From a virus (taxonomy: Duplodnaviria; Caudoviricetes), in IMG/VR virus record IMGVR_UViG_3300026825_000027, positions 1-48,443 of that record: DNA of 48,443 bases. One strand, written 5' to 3'. The notes beneath the pieces were generated by a model, which saw nothing but the letters and a program-made list of their open reading frames with translations, made no database searches and was not told the origin of the DNA. Position numbers and translations under genes: made by a program. This document shows positions 31,713 to 41,168 of the stretch, one piece after another. Every line of letters starts with the position of its first letter. Position 1 is the first letter of the stretch.

Positions 31713-32027
31713 ATGTCCGTCCTCAAAGCCGCCATGGACCACATCTTCACCCATGCCTCCATGGCGGCCCCGGCCCTCTGGATCTCGGCCACCACCTCCG
31801 AGGAACGCCCGATCCGCATCATCCGCCGCGCCCCGGATCGCGTGACCGACTTCGGCGCGGGGCGCTTCGTCAGCGACACGACGGTGGTGGATGTGCGCGT
31901 GGCCGACCTGCCCGCTCCGCGCCCCGGCGATCTGATCGTGATCGGCGCCGACAGTCATGTGATCCAGGGGGAACCGCTGCGCGACCGCGAACGGCTGATC
32001 TGGACGCTGGACCTGAGGCCTGCATGA
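31713..32027 (+). CDS. Head-tail joining/closure protein
   Basis: 104 aa beta-rich, PRPGDLI motif, position. Confidence 0.7.
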   Translation: MSVLKAAMDHIFTHASMAAPALWISATTSEERPIRIIRRAPDRVTDFGAGRFVSDTTVVDVRVADLPAPRPGDLIVIGADSHVIQGEPLRDRERLIWTLDLRPA

Positions 32028-32653
32028 GGCTGAAGCTCGAAATCACCCCCGATCTCGCCGCCCTTATGCAGGCTGAAATCCGCGCGGGCGAGAAGGCCGT
32101 CACCACCGCCATGCGCGAGGCGGGCGCAGGCCTGAAATCCGCCTGGCGCGGCCAGATCACCGGCGCGGGGCTGGGCACCCGGCTCGGCAACTCGATCCGG
32201 CTCGCCACCTATCCCAAGGGTGGCGAGAGCCTGAACGCCGCAGCACTGGTCTGGTCGAACGCCCCGGTGATCGTCGGCGCGCATGACACAGGGCCTATGA
32301 TCCGGTCACGCAACGGGTTCTGGCTGGCCATCCCCACCTCGGCCGCAGGCAAATCCACTCGCGGCGGTCGCATCACCCCTGGCGAATGGGAACGTCGGAC
32401 GGGCCTGCGGCTGCGCTTCATCTACCGGCGCCGGGGGCCGAGCCTGCTGGTGGCCGAGGGGCGACTGAACAGCAAGGGGCGTGCTGTGGCGTCACGAGCC
32501 AAGACCGGCCGCGGGCTGACCACTGTGCCGATCTTCCTGCTGGTACCGCAGGTCAAGCTGCCGAAGCGGCTGGACCTGGCGCGGGATGCGGAGCGGGCCA
32601 TCGACGCCGTACCGGGGCGGATCGTGGCGGGGTGGGTGGAGTCTCGAGTTTGA
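32024..32653 (+). CDS. Neck/tail completion protein (DUF6441-like)
   Basis: Basic 209-aa ORF coupled to the previous gene; position. Confidence 0.65.
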   Translation: MRLKLEITPDLAALMQAEIRAGEKAVTTAMREAGAGLKSAWRGQITGAGLGTRLGNSIRLATYPKGGESLNAAALVWSNAPVIVGAHDTGPMIRSRNGFWLAIPTSAAGKSTRGGRITPGEWERRTGLRLRFIYRRRGPSLLVAEGRLNSKGRAVASRAKTGRGLTTVPIFLLVPQVKLPKRLDLARDAERAIDAVPGRIVAGWVESRV

Positions 32654-32654
32654 C

Positions 32655-33590
32655 TCAGATGAGCGCAGAAAAGCGCCGAAGCAATGCCTCATTCGCGTCC
32701 CACCACCTGCACAAGGTTCGGGTCGTCATGAGTGCTTTCTCGATCTTTTCCGCTTGGCTTTCAAATGGTTGGTCGCAATCCACAAATGGCGTCTGCATCT
32801 GAAAGGCAAGCGTTCCGCGAGTGCCGACTCGCTCTAGCCTTATGCCCGTCCCGTCCAATCCATGTTCTTGGCGAAGACGTTCCACCGCCCATCCCCATTT
32901 CCGCAGCATTAGTTTCACATTCGCCTGTCGAAGCTGAAGAAAAATGGAGGGCGTCGGAAGCCCCGTGTGGCGTCGCAAAGACTTTCCTACGTCAAGATGC
33001 ACGGTGAAGGAGTCCTCGTTTCGATCTCTCATCTTCATGCGGATATCCGGTGTGATCTCAGCCATCAGTAAGGAAATCCGGCCGAAGAATACGGTCCGGG
33101 CATCATCCGGGTTCGTCACTGGAACGACGGCCTGGTCAATCGCAGTGCAGAGAAGCTCGTACTCCTCACCCGAAAAGGGATGCAAGAGAGACTCGTAGGA
33201 AACCTGCCGATCAAAGTTGTCAGCCTTTCCAGCGGAGCGGAGATACGCACGGGGCGCCAGAAGCACGGTCAGAGCGCCATATCCTGAGGCGGATCGACAA
33301 TATCTATCGACTTGGTTCTCTCCCCTGCGGGTGTAGGACCAAGCAGCGCTGATCTTGTTCTCGATCAGGAGGCGTTCGCCAGACAAAATAACATCGAGAT
33401 CAATGGTTCCGCTGTCCGAATGGTGTGGCGACTGAGGAGTAACCCGTGTGGCACAACCTATGCCAGAGACGCCTATTTGCTTGCGAACCGAATCACAGAA
33501 TGCCTCCGACGTTCGGAATGCTGCAGCAAATACGGCGTCTGTCTCGCGCTCGAGTATGCGTTGATCCGAAAGTGACAGATTTGATTTCAT
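32655..33590 (-). CDS. PD-(D/E)XK nuclease-family protein (antisense moron)
   Basis: ERETD, TIDLDV, LLIENKI, QVDRY; lower GC than flanks. Confidence 0.7.
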   Translation of the reverse strand: MKSNLSLSDQRILERETDAVFAAAFRTSEAFCDSVRKQIGVSGIGCATRVTPQSPHHSDSGTIDLDVILSGERLLIENKISAAWSYTRRGENQVDRYCRSASGYGALTVLLAPRAYLRSAGKADNFDRQVSYESLLHPFSGEEYELLCTAIDQAVVPVTNPDDARTVFFGRISLLMAEITPDIRMKMRDRNEDSFTVHLDVGKSLRRHTGLPTPSIFLQLRQANVKLMLRKWGWAVERLRQEHGLDGTGIRLERVGTRGTLAFQMQTPFVDCDQPFESQAEKIEKALMTTRTLCRWWDANEALLRRFSALI

Positions 33591-33709
33591 TCCGAAGACC
33601 CTCTGTCGAACCCGGCTAGTCGGCCTTCTCGACAAGAGTATGGCGTTTTCGGTGTTCAAGGATGGCACGGAAGTATTCACGCCGACAAACCTTTCGGGAG
33701 CAACCGGTC

Positions 33710-34132
33710 ATGCCCACCACCCGCGAAACCGTCCTCGGCGCGTTGCTTGCGCGGCTGCAACCGCTTGCCGCCCTGACCCTGCGTGATGATGTGCTGCCCG
33801 AGAGGATCCCCGCGGCGGGGCTGATCATCCTGCGCGACGGCCAGCCGGGCGAGCCCGAGGTGACGCTGTCGCCCCTGCGCTATCACTACAAGCACCGGGC
33901 AGAGCTGGAGGTGGTCGTCCAGGCGGGCACCAGCCGGGCCAGCGCCTTCGATGACCTGATCGCCGCCATCGGCGCGGTGCTGGAAGCTGACCGGACGCTG
34001 GGAGGCCTCTGCGACTGGGTCGAACCGGAGGCCCCTGCCTCGGTCGACCTGCCCGTCGAGGGCGCCGCGGCCCTGAAGGCGGCGGTGATCACGCTCAATC
34101 TGCACTACACCACGACCGGCCCCCTGGCCTGA
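33710..34132 (+). CDS. Tail terminator-like protein
   Basis: 140 aa, ADRTLGGL motif, immediately before the tail tube. Confidence 0.7.
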   Translation: MPTTRETVLGALLARLQPLAALTLRDDVLPERIPAAGLIILRDGQPGEPEVTLSPLRYHYKHRAELEVVVQAGTSRASAFDDLIAAIGAVLEADRTLGGLCDWVEPEAPASVDLPVEGAAALKAAVITLNLHYTTTGPLA

Positions 34133-34156
34133 CACCCCACATCCAAGGAGACCCCC

Positions 34157-35095
34157 ATGGCACGCGCACACGGCGCGCGGGCGCAGATGGCGCTTGCGTT
34201 CGAAACCGTCTACGGCACCCCGCCCGCCAGCGGCTATCGGCTGATGCCCTTTGCCCGCACCACTCTGGGCGCCGAACAGCCGCTCTTGAACAGCGAACTG
34301 CTGGGCTACGGCCGCGATCCGCTGGCGCCGATCAAGGACGCGGTCACCGCCGATGGCGAGGTGGTGGTGCCGATCGATGTGGAGGCCTTCGGCTTCTGGC
34401 TGAAGGCGGCCTTCGGTGCCCCGACCACGACGGGGACCACGCCCAAGACCCACACCTTCCAATCGGGCAACTGGACCCTGCCCTCCATGGCCATCGAGAT
34501 GGCCATGCCCGAGGTGCCGCGGTTCGCGATGTATGCGGGCTGCGTGATGGACCAGCTCAGCTGGCAGATGAACCGCTCCGGCCTGTTGACCGCCACCGCC
34601 CGCCTGATCGCACAGGGCGAGGCCATCGCTGCCACCACGGCCGCAGGCACGCCGACCGCACTGGGCCTGCAACGCTTCGGCCATTTCAACGGCGTGGTGA
34701 AGCGGAACGGCACCGCCTTGGGCAACGTCGTCTCGGCCGAGATCACTTATGCCAACGGCCTCGACCGGATCGAGACCATCCGAAACGACGGCAAGATCGA
34801 GGGCGCCGATCCCGGCATGGCCGCGCTGACCGGTCGGATCGAGGTGCGGTTCGCGGACTCTGCGCTGGTGACGCAAGCCATCGACGGCACGCCTTGCGAG
34901 CTCGAGTTCGCCTACAGCCTCGGGGCCAATGCCAGTTTCACTTTCACGGCCCACGCCGTCTACCTGCCGGTCCCGCGGATCGAGATCCCCGGGCCCCAGG
35001 GCATCCAGGCGACCTTCGACTGGCAGGCCGCGAAAGCCACCAGCCCCGCCCGCATGTGCACCGCCGTCCTCGTCAACACCGTCACGGGATACTGA
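34157..35095 (+). CDS. Tail tube protein
   Basis: 312 aa, ETVYGT N-terminus, AAGGAG RBS, position. Confidence 0.85.
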   Translation: MARAHGARAQMALAFETVYGTPPASGYRLMPFARTTLGAEQPLLNSELLGYGRDPLAPIKDAVTADGEVVVPIDVEAFGFWLKAAFGAPTTTGTTPKTHTFQSGNWTLPSMAIEMAMPEVPRFAMYAGCVMDQLSWQMNRSGLLTATARLIAQGEAIAATTAAGTPTALGLQRFGHFNGVVKRNGTALGNVVSAEITYANGLDRIETIRNDGKIEGADPGMAALTGRIEVRFADSALVTQAIDGTPCELEFAYSLGANASFTFTAHAVYLPVPRIEIPGPQGIQATFDWQAAKATSPARMCTAVLVNTVTGY

Positions 35096-35097
35096 CC

Positions 35098-35535
35098 ATG
35101 ATCCGCCTGAACCTCTCGAACCGGCCCGAATGGCTGGACCTGCTGCCCGGCCTGCGCGTGCTGGTGGCGCCCCTCACCACCGCGCTGATGGTCTCGGCCC
35201 GCGCCGATCCCTTGATCGACGGCCTGTCGGAGGCATCAAGCCAGGAGGACATGGCGCTGGCCATGGCCAAGGCCGTCGCCCGCCGCGCGGTGCTGGATTG
35301 GGAAGGTGTAGGCGACGAAGCAGGCAACCTCGTGCCTGTCAGCCCGGCCGGGATCGATGCCCTCCTCGAAATCTGGCCGGTCTTCGAGGCCTTCCAGGCG
35401 CAATACGTCGTCCGCGGCCTGATGCTGGATGCGGAAAAAAACGCCTCCGCGCCCTCGCCGACTGGTCCTTCGGCGGGGGTGGTGGCTACTGCGCGGCCTG
35501 CCCAGGCCCCTGCCCGGACTGCCCCGCAAGACTGA
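35098..35535 (+). CDS. Tail assembly chaperone (gpG-like)
   Basis: VLDWEGV motif; contains slippery A AAA AAC. Confidence 0.75.
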   Translation: MIRLNLSNRPEWLDLLPGLRVLVAPLTTALMVSARADPLIDGLSEASSQEDMALAMAKAVARRAVLDWEGVGDEAGNLVPVSPAGIDALLEIWPVFEAFQAQYVVRGLMLDAEKNASAPSPTGPSAGVVATARPAQAPARTAPQD

Positions 35536-35771
35536 ACCGGCCACAGACGGTCGAAGGCTGGCAGGTCTGGGACCTGACCCAGCGCCTTGGCGGCCAGCTG
35601 CGGGTCTCGCCGGGGGCCGTCATCGGGTGGGACATGGGTGCCGCGCTTTCACTGGCGCAGGCGCTGGGCGTCAACACGATGATCGCCGCCGAACTGCTGC
35701 CCGAGATCGAGGCGGTGATGGTGCGCAGGCTGAACGAACAGATTGCGGAACGATCAGTTGGAGGAGACTGA
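35436..35771 (+). CDS. -1 frameshift extension of the tail chaperone (gpGT-like)
   Basis: Heptamer A AAA AAC at 35436-35442; -1 frame open (RLRALADW..CAAC..CPDC..LLPEIE) to 35771. Confidence 0.7.
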   Translation, partial: KKRLRALADWSFGGGGGYCAACPGPCPDCPARLNRPQTVEGWQVWDLTQRLGGQLRVSPGAVIGWDMGAALSLAQALGVNTMIAAELLPEIEAVMVRRLNEQIAERSVGGD

Positions 35772-35998
35772 ATGCGGTCTCCTGATCAAGTTCGATCCGT
35801 TGGATCTCGATACCCATCGGAGGAGGCACCCCTTGCCAGACCTTTCAGGGCCTCCTTGGTCAGTGGTTTGCTTGGGGTACCGTCGCCATCTTTGCCCACG
35901 ACGGGCTCGAATGACCTGCGTGACGCATCCTGCGGTACTCCGACAGATTTGGATTGGTGCTTCCCTGCTTTACGCATCTCGGGCTACCGGGACAGGCA

Positions 35999-36289
35999 TC
36001 AAGCCGCCTGCAGGGGCACAATCCCTGAGACATCGACGGTCTCGCGGGCGCGGGCGAGATCCCAGGCGCGCTGCAGATTCATCCAGTATTCCGGCGTCGT
36101 CCCGAAATAGGTCGCAAGCCGCATCGCCGTGTCCGCGGTCAGCGCCGTCTCACCCTTGACCAGCCGTTCGATCCGGGTGCGCGGAACCTGCAACTTCCGG
36201 GCAAGCGCAGGCGCGCTCATACCCAAAGGGTACAGATACAGCTCGACCAGGACTTCGCCCGGATGGGAGGGGTTGGTGATCAGGCTCAT
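35999..36289 (-). CDS. higA: HigA-family antitoxin
   Basis: HPGEVL, LARKLQVP, TADTAMRL..FGTTPEYWMNLQ. Confidence 0.92.
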   Translation of the reverse strand: MSLITNPSHPGEVLVELYLYPLGMSAPALARKLQVPRTRIERLVKGETALTADTAMRLATYFGTTPEYWMNLQRAWDLARARETVDVSGIVPLQAA

Positions 36290-36300
36290 CGTCATTCCCT

Positions 36301-36582
36301 TCAATGGTAGTCCACGATCTCGACATCCTGCGGACCCTGATCGGTCCAGACGAAACAGATGCGCCACTGGTCGTTGATGCGCACCGAATGCTGCCCCGCG
36401 CGGTCGCCGCTCAGGGCTTCCAGATGGTTGCCTGGCGGAAAGCGCAGGTCCTCAAGTTCCATGGCCGCGTCCAGTGCCGAAAGCATGGCACGCGTCCGTC
36501 TGACCAGATCAGCAGGAAACCCCTTGCCAAAGCGGCCCTGAACCGCACTGGCGGCGAGCTTTCCACGCGTGCTGATGATCAT
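36301..36582 (-). CDS. higB: HigB (RelE-family) toxin
   Basis: DLRFPPGNHLEALSGDRAGQHSVRINDQWRICF..VDYH; toxin-first order. Confidence 0.92.
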   Translation of the reverse strand: MIISTRGKLAASAVQGRFGKGFPADLVRRTRAMLSALDAAMELEDLRFPPGNHLEALSGDRAGQHSVRINDQWRICFVWTDQGPQDVEIVDYH

Positions 36583-36590
36583 GATCGCCA

Positions 36591-36609
36591 TGTATCATGC
36601 CATGATACA
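36591..36609. promoter_or_regulatory. Palindromic higBA operator
   Basis: TGTATCATG-C-CATGATACA perfect inverted repeat directly upstream of higB. Confidence 0.75.
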
Positions 36610-36629
36610 AAATTCAAGGATTCGCCGGA

Positions 36630-39071
36630 ATGGCTGAGAAGAAGGTCTCCGTCCGCCTCGTGGCGGAGGGCGGACGACGCGTGCGTGCGGAACTGGAGGG
36701 CATCGGCGAGGCAGGCTCGCGCGGCTTCGGCCGCCTCTCCACCGAGATGGAACTGGCGAACACGCGTCTGGCCAGCTTCGCGCGCCGTGCCGGAGTCGCG
36801 CTGGCGGCGGTCACCGCAGCGGCTTCGGCGGCCGGGGTGGCGATGGTGCGCTCGGGGCTCGCCAACATCGACGCGCAGGCGAAACTCGCGCAGTCGATGC
36901 GCACGACCGTCGAGAGCATCCAGACCCTGACCTGGGCGGGGGAGCTGGCGGGCGTCTCGATGGGCGAGATCGAGCAGGCGACGAAGAAGCTGACCACCCG
37001 CCTGTCGGAAGCGGCCAGTGGCTCGGGCGCGGCCGTCGGTGCGCTCAGGCGGCTGAACCTGACCGCCGCCGAACTGCAGGCCCTGCCGCTCGACCAGCGC
37101 ATCGTGGCGATCCAGGACGCCCTGAACCGCTTCGTGCCCGAGGCCGAGCGGGCGGCCGTGGCCTCGGACCTCTTCGGAGACCGGGCGGCGCTGGCCTTCC
37201 TGCGGATCGACAGCGCCACGCTGCGCGATGCCGCCCGCGACGTGCAGGACTTCGGGGTGGCGGTCAGCGCGGCCGATGCGGCACAGATCGAGCGGACGGG
37301 CGACGCCATCGCGCGGCTCAGCCTGATCTGGACCGGTCTCGTCAACCGGCTGACGGTGGCCGTCGCCCCGGCGCTGGAGGCTGTAGCGACAAAGCTCGCC
37401 GACATGGCGCGCGCAACGGGGCCCATCGGGCAGGCGATCACGGCGCTCTTCGACAACCTCGGACGGCTGGCCACCTACGCTGCGACCTTTGCGGCCGTCA
37501 TGGCGGGGCGCTGGGTGGCGGGAATGGCGGCCGCTACCCTGTCAGTGCGCGGCCTTGCCACCGCACTCGTGTTCCTGCGCGGCGCCCTCATCCGGACCGG
37601 CATCGGGGCGCTGATCGTCGGCGCCGGGGAACTGGTCTATCAGTTCTCGCAACTCGTGGCCCGGGTCGGCGGCGTGGGCGAAGCCTTCCGGCTGCTGGGC
37701 GATCTGGCCCGCGAGGTCTGGTCGCGCATCGGCCTATCGCTCGACGCAGCCTTTGCCAACATGGCCGCTGGCTGGGAGGGCCTGAAGGCGGCCGGTCTCT
37801 CGGCCCTCGAGGGCACAATTGCAGGCGTCGTCAGTTTCGGTGACCGGACGGCTGCGATCTTCCAGGGCGCCTATGACGCGGCCGTGGCGATCTGGGGCAG
37901 CCTGCCCGGGGCCATCGGCGACTTCGCGTTCCAGGCGGCGAACGGGCTGATCGCGGGCGTCGAGGCGATGCTGAACGGCGTCGTGACGCGCATCAACAGC
38001 TTCATCGAGACGCTGAACGCGGCCCTCGCGCTGCTGCCCGAATGGGCCACCGGCGAAGGCGGGGTGCGGATCGGCACCCTCGACCCGGTGGAACTGGGCC
38101 GCATCGGCAATCCGTTCGAGGGTGCCGCGACCGCTGCCGGTGCCGCCGCCGCAGATGCCTTCTCCGCCGCGCTGGCACGCACCTACCTCGAGCCGCCCGA
38201 CCTCGGACTCGGTGTCACGGCTGACGATGCCCGCGCCCGGGCTGACGGCTATCGCGAAGCGGCAGGCATGCTCGCCGACGCCGCCGGTCGGCCGCTCGCC
38301 AGCTGGCAGGCACTGAAGGATGCCATGTCCGGCACGGGGGCTGACGCCGAGACCGCGCTGGCGGACGCGGCTGCTGCGGCCGGCGCGCTGGGCGACGAAC
38401 TGGACGAGACCGGCGGGGCGGCAGGTCGCGCCGGTGCGGCCGGGCGACAGGCAGGGTCCGACGCTGCCGCAGGAGCCGAGCAGGCTCTGACCGGTTGGCA
38501 GGCCGTCACCGCCGCACTTGCCGACTATGCCGCCAAGGCGCGCGACATCGGCGGGGATATCGGCAGCGCGCTGGTCGGGGCTTTCCAGAGCGCCGAGAAC
38601 GCCATCGGCGACTTCGTGAAGACGGGCAAGCTCGACTTCCGCGACCTGGTCACGTCGATGATCGCCGATCTGGCCAAGCTCGCAGCCCGGCGCTTCATTC
38701 TCGGCCCCATCGCCAATGCCCTTTCCGGCGCGCTGGGCGGGGCGAGCGGGAATTTCGCGAACATCCTGCATGCGGGAGGGGTGGTCGGCGCCCCTGGTCC
38801 CGGACGCATGGTCCCGGCGCTGGCCTTTGCAGGTGCGCCGCGCATGCACAGCGGCGGCTGGGCCGGACTTCGCCCCGACGAGGTGCCCGCGATCCTGCAG
38901 CGTGGCGAACGGGTCCTATCCAGGCGCGAGGCGGCCGGTTACGGCCAGGCCAGCGCCTCGACCGTCAATGTCACGATCAACGCCCGCGACGCCGAGAGCT
39001 TCCGGCAATCCCGCACGCAGGTCGCCAGCGACATCGCCCGCGCCGTGTCGCTCGGGCGGCGCGGCATGTGA
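36630..39071 (+). CDS. Tail tape measure protein
   Basis: 813 aa, Ala-rich helical; C-terminal HSGG..DEVPAILQRGERVL. Confidence 0.9.
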   Translation: MAEKKVSVRLVAEGGRRVRAELEGIGEAGSRGFGRLSTEMELANTRLASFARRAGVALAAVTAAASAAGVAMVRSGLANIDAQAKLAQSMRTTVESIQTLTWAGELAGVSMGEIEQATKKLTTRLSEAASGSGAAVGALRRLNLTAAELQALPLDQRIVAIQDALNRFVPEAERAAVASDLFGDRAALAFLRIDSATLRDAARDVQDFGVAVSAADAAQIERTGDAIARLSLIWTGLVNRLTVAVAPALEAVATKLADMARATGPIGQAITALFDNLGRLATYAATFAAVMAGRWVAGMAAATLSVRGLATALVFLRGALIRTGIGALIVGAGELVYQFSQLVARVGGVGEAFRLLGDLAREVWSRIGLSLDAAFANMAAGWEGLKAAGLSALEGTIAGVVSFGDRTAAIFQGAYDAAVAIWGSLPGAIGDFAFQAANGLIAGVEAMLNGVVTRINSFIETLNAALALLPEWATGEGGVRIGTLDPVELGRIGNPFEGAATAAGAAAADAFSAALARTYLEPPDLGLGVTADDARARADGYREAAGMLADAAGRPLASWQALKDAMSGTGADAETALADAAAAAGALGDELDETGGAAGRAGAAGRQAGSDAAAGAEQALTGWQAVTAALADYAAKARDIGGDIGSALVGAFQSAENAIGDFVKTGKLDFRDLVTSMIADLAKLAARRFILGPIANALSGALGGASGNFANILHAGGVVGAPGPGRMVPALAFAGAPRMHSGGWAGLRPDEVPAILQRGERVLSRREAAGYGQASASTVNVTINARDAESFRQSRTQVASDIARAVSLGRRGM

Positions 39072-39080
39072 GGACCACCC

Positions 39081-39707
39081 ATGGCATTCCACGAGGTCCG
39101 GTTCCCGGACAACATCAGCCGCGGGGCGCGCGGCGGTCCCGAACGGCGCACCCAGATCGTCGAACTGGCAAGCGGAGCCGAGGAGCGCAACGCGAGCTGG
39201 GCCCATAGCCGTCGCCGCTATGACGTGGCTTACGGCATCCGCCGTGCCGACGATCTGGCGGCGGTCGTGGCCTTCTTCGAGACCCGCAATGGCCGCCTCC
39301 ACGGCTTCCGCTTCAAGGACTGGGCCGACTTCAAGTCCTGCCTGCCGTCACAGGCGCCCGGTTCGACCGACCAGCCCATCGGCACCGGCACGGGGTCGGC
39401 CACACAATTCCAGCTGACCAAGCGCTACACCTCCGGCGCGCAGTCCTGGACGCGGGCCATCACCAAGCCCGTCGCCGGAACCGTGACCATCGCCCTGAAC
39501 GGCACGCAGCAGACCTCCGGCTGGTCGGTTGCCATCGCGACAGGCTTGGTGACCTTCGCCACGGCCCCGGCCGCTGGCGTGGCAATCACCGCGGGCTTCG
39601 AATTCGACGTTCCCGTCCGCTTCGACGCCGATGCCCTCGACGTCACCCTCGACCTCGAACGCCTCGGGTCGATCACCTCGATCCCGCTCCTGGAGATCCG
39701 CACATGA
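39081..39707 (+). CDS. Distal tail protein, DUF2460 (RcGTA g12-like)
   Basis: MAFHEVRFP, GFRFKDWAD, AGFEFDVPVRFD. Confidence 0.9.
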   Translation: MAFHEVRFPDNISRGARGGPERRTQIVELASGAEERNASWAHSRRRYDVAYGIRRADDLAAVVAFFETRNGRLHGFRFKDWADFKSCLPSQAPGSTDQPIGTGTGSATQFQLTKRYTSGAQSWTRAITKPVAGTVTIALNGTQQTSGWSVAIATGLVTFATAPAAGVAITAGFEFDVPVRFDADALDVTLDLERLGSITSIPLLEIRT

Positions 39708-40057
39708 ACGACGAGACCGGATTTCTGGCGGCGGTGCTGCGCGAGCTTGCGGCATCGACGGCGGTGATCCTCGCCGCCTGGGGCGCCCTTGGCGGGGCGA
39801 CCAATGCCCTGACCACGCGGATGCGGCTGCGCGACGCGCTCCGGCACATCCTGCTCGGCGGCCTGATCGCGGCCGGAATGGGCAGCTTCTCGATGGCGCT
39901 CGTCACCGCCTGGCTCGCCCTGCCGCCGCAGGCGATCCCTGCGGGCGGGGCGGCAGGCTCGGCCGCCTATCTCGTGGGCGTCTTCGGCCCCGCCTTCATC
40001 GAACTCGTCCTCGCCCGGCTGCGCGGTGCGACGGGAGGGGACGACGACGATGAATGA
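39704..40057 (+). CDS. Membrane protein, putative holin
   Basis: Three hydrophobic segments upstream of the lysozyme. Confidence 0.55.
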   Translation: MNDETGFLAAVLRELAASTAVILAAWGALGGATNALTTRMRLRDALRHILLGGLIAAGMGSFSMALVTAWLALPPQAIPAGGAAGSAAYLVGVFGPAFIELVLARLRGATGGDDDDE

Positions 40058-40181
40058 CTTTCTCCGCCTTGCGCGCGCCCTTCGTTGCGACCCGGGCAAT
40101 CCCGGTCAGGCCTTCCGCCACCGCCTGGGCATCGGCCTCGCCATCGCCGCGCTGATCCTCGTCCTCTCGCTCCTCAGGTAA
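40050..40181 (+). CDS. Small membrane protein (43 aa)
   Basis: GGAGGGG RBS; MNDFLRLARALRCD..IGLAIAALILVLSLLR; below the ORF track cutoff. Confidence 0.5.
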   Translation: MNDFLRLARALRCDPGNPGQAFRHRLGIGLAIAALILVLSLLR

Positions 40182-40185
40182 TCCC

Positions 40186-40845
40186 ATGCACATGACAGAC
40201 CGGGGCCTTCTGGCCCTCGTCCGGCACGAGGGAATCGTGCCCGGACCCTATCTCGACGTGAAGACCGTCTGGACCTTCGGCATCGGCCACACGGCCGCCG
40301 CCGGTCCGCCCGACCCCGCGCGGATGCCCCGCGGCATGCCCGCCGATCTCGATACGGGGATCCGCGAGGCCTTTCGCATCTTCCGCGCCGACCTCGCCGC
40401 CTATGAGGCCGAGGTGCGCCGCGCCGTGAAGGTGCCGCTCGAACCCCACGAGTTCGATGCGCTGGTTTCTTTCCACTACAACACCGGCGCCATCGCCAGG
40501 GCCACGCTGACGAAGGCGCTCAACGCCGGCAATCGCGTTGCAGCCGCCGACGCGTTTCTGAACTGGCGGCGGCCGACCTCGATCATCCCGCGCCGCGAGG
40601 CCGAGCGCGACCTGTTCCGCCACGCTCGCTATCCCGGCGGGACGATCCCGGTCTGGGCCGTGGACCGCGGGGGTCGTGTGGACTTCTCGCGGCCGATCCG
40701 GCGGCTCACCGAGACCGAGGCGCTGGCGCTGCTGCGCCCGCCGCTCGTGCCGCCGCCGACTGTCCCCGAGCCTGCGCCCGACGCACCTGCCAGCTGGCTC
40801 GCCCAGCTGTTCGGCCTTTTCACCACCCTGATCCGGAGGGCCTGA
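40186..40845 (+). CDS. Lysozyme (GH24 endolysin)
   Basis: E-x8-D-x5-T triad (HEGIVPGPYLDVKTVWT), FDALVSFHYNTG, RREAE. Confidence 0.92.
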   Translation: MHMTDRGLLALVRHEGIVPGPYLDVKTVWTFGIGHTAAAGPPDPARMPRGMPADLDTGIREAFRIFRADLAAYEAEVRRAVKVPLEPHEFDALVSFHYNTGAIARATLTKALNAGNRVAAADAFLNWRRPTSIIPRREAERDLFRHARYPGGTIPVWAVDRGGRVDFSRPIRRLTETEALALLRPPLVPPPTVPEPAPDAPASWLAQLFGLFTTLIRRA

Positions 40846-40849
40846 TCCC

Positions 40850-41080
40850 ATGCGCTACATTCGTCCTACGTCCCTCACCTGGTGGGCAGGGCTGCTCGCC
40901 TTCGCGACCGGCGCCGCCTCCCTCGCGCTGCCCGCCACCGGTTCGCTCGCCGATCTCGCCCGGCTGATCACGCTCCTGTCTGGTTCGGGCGACGCATCGC
41001 CTGCCGCGCTGATTGCCCTCGGCCTCGGCCTCATCGGCCTGCGAGACCGCCTCGAACGCGGATTCCGCGGCGATGATTGA
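40850..41080 (+). CDS. Small membrane protein (lysis-associated)
   Basis: 76 aa, two hydrophobic segments, GGAGG RBS. Confidence 0.6.
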   Translation: MRYIRPTSLTWWAGLLAFATGAASLALPATGSLADLARLITLLSGSGDASPAALIALGLGLIGLRDRLERGFRGDD

Positions 41081-41168
41081 GTTCCTCACCGGCATCGTCG
41101 TGGGCGGGACGATGGGCGTGTTCGTTGCCGCCCTTTGTGCGGCGGCGTCGAGGGGAGATCGGCCATGA
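41073..41168 (+). CDS. Small hydrophobic peptide (31 aa)
   Basis: MIEFLTGIVVGGTMGVFVAALCAAASRGDRP; overlaps both neighbours. Confidence 0.4.
   Translation: MIEFLTGIVVGGTMGVFVAALCAAASRGDRP

Noticed and set aside
35772-35998. Short ORFs between the chaperone and higA
   Set aside because: No recognisable motif or RBS; probably a moron remnant
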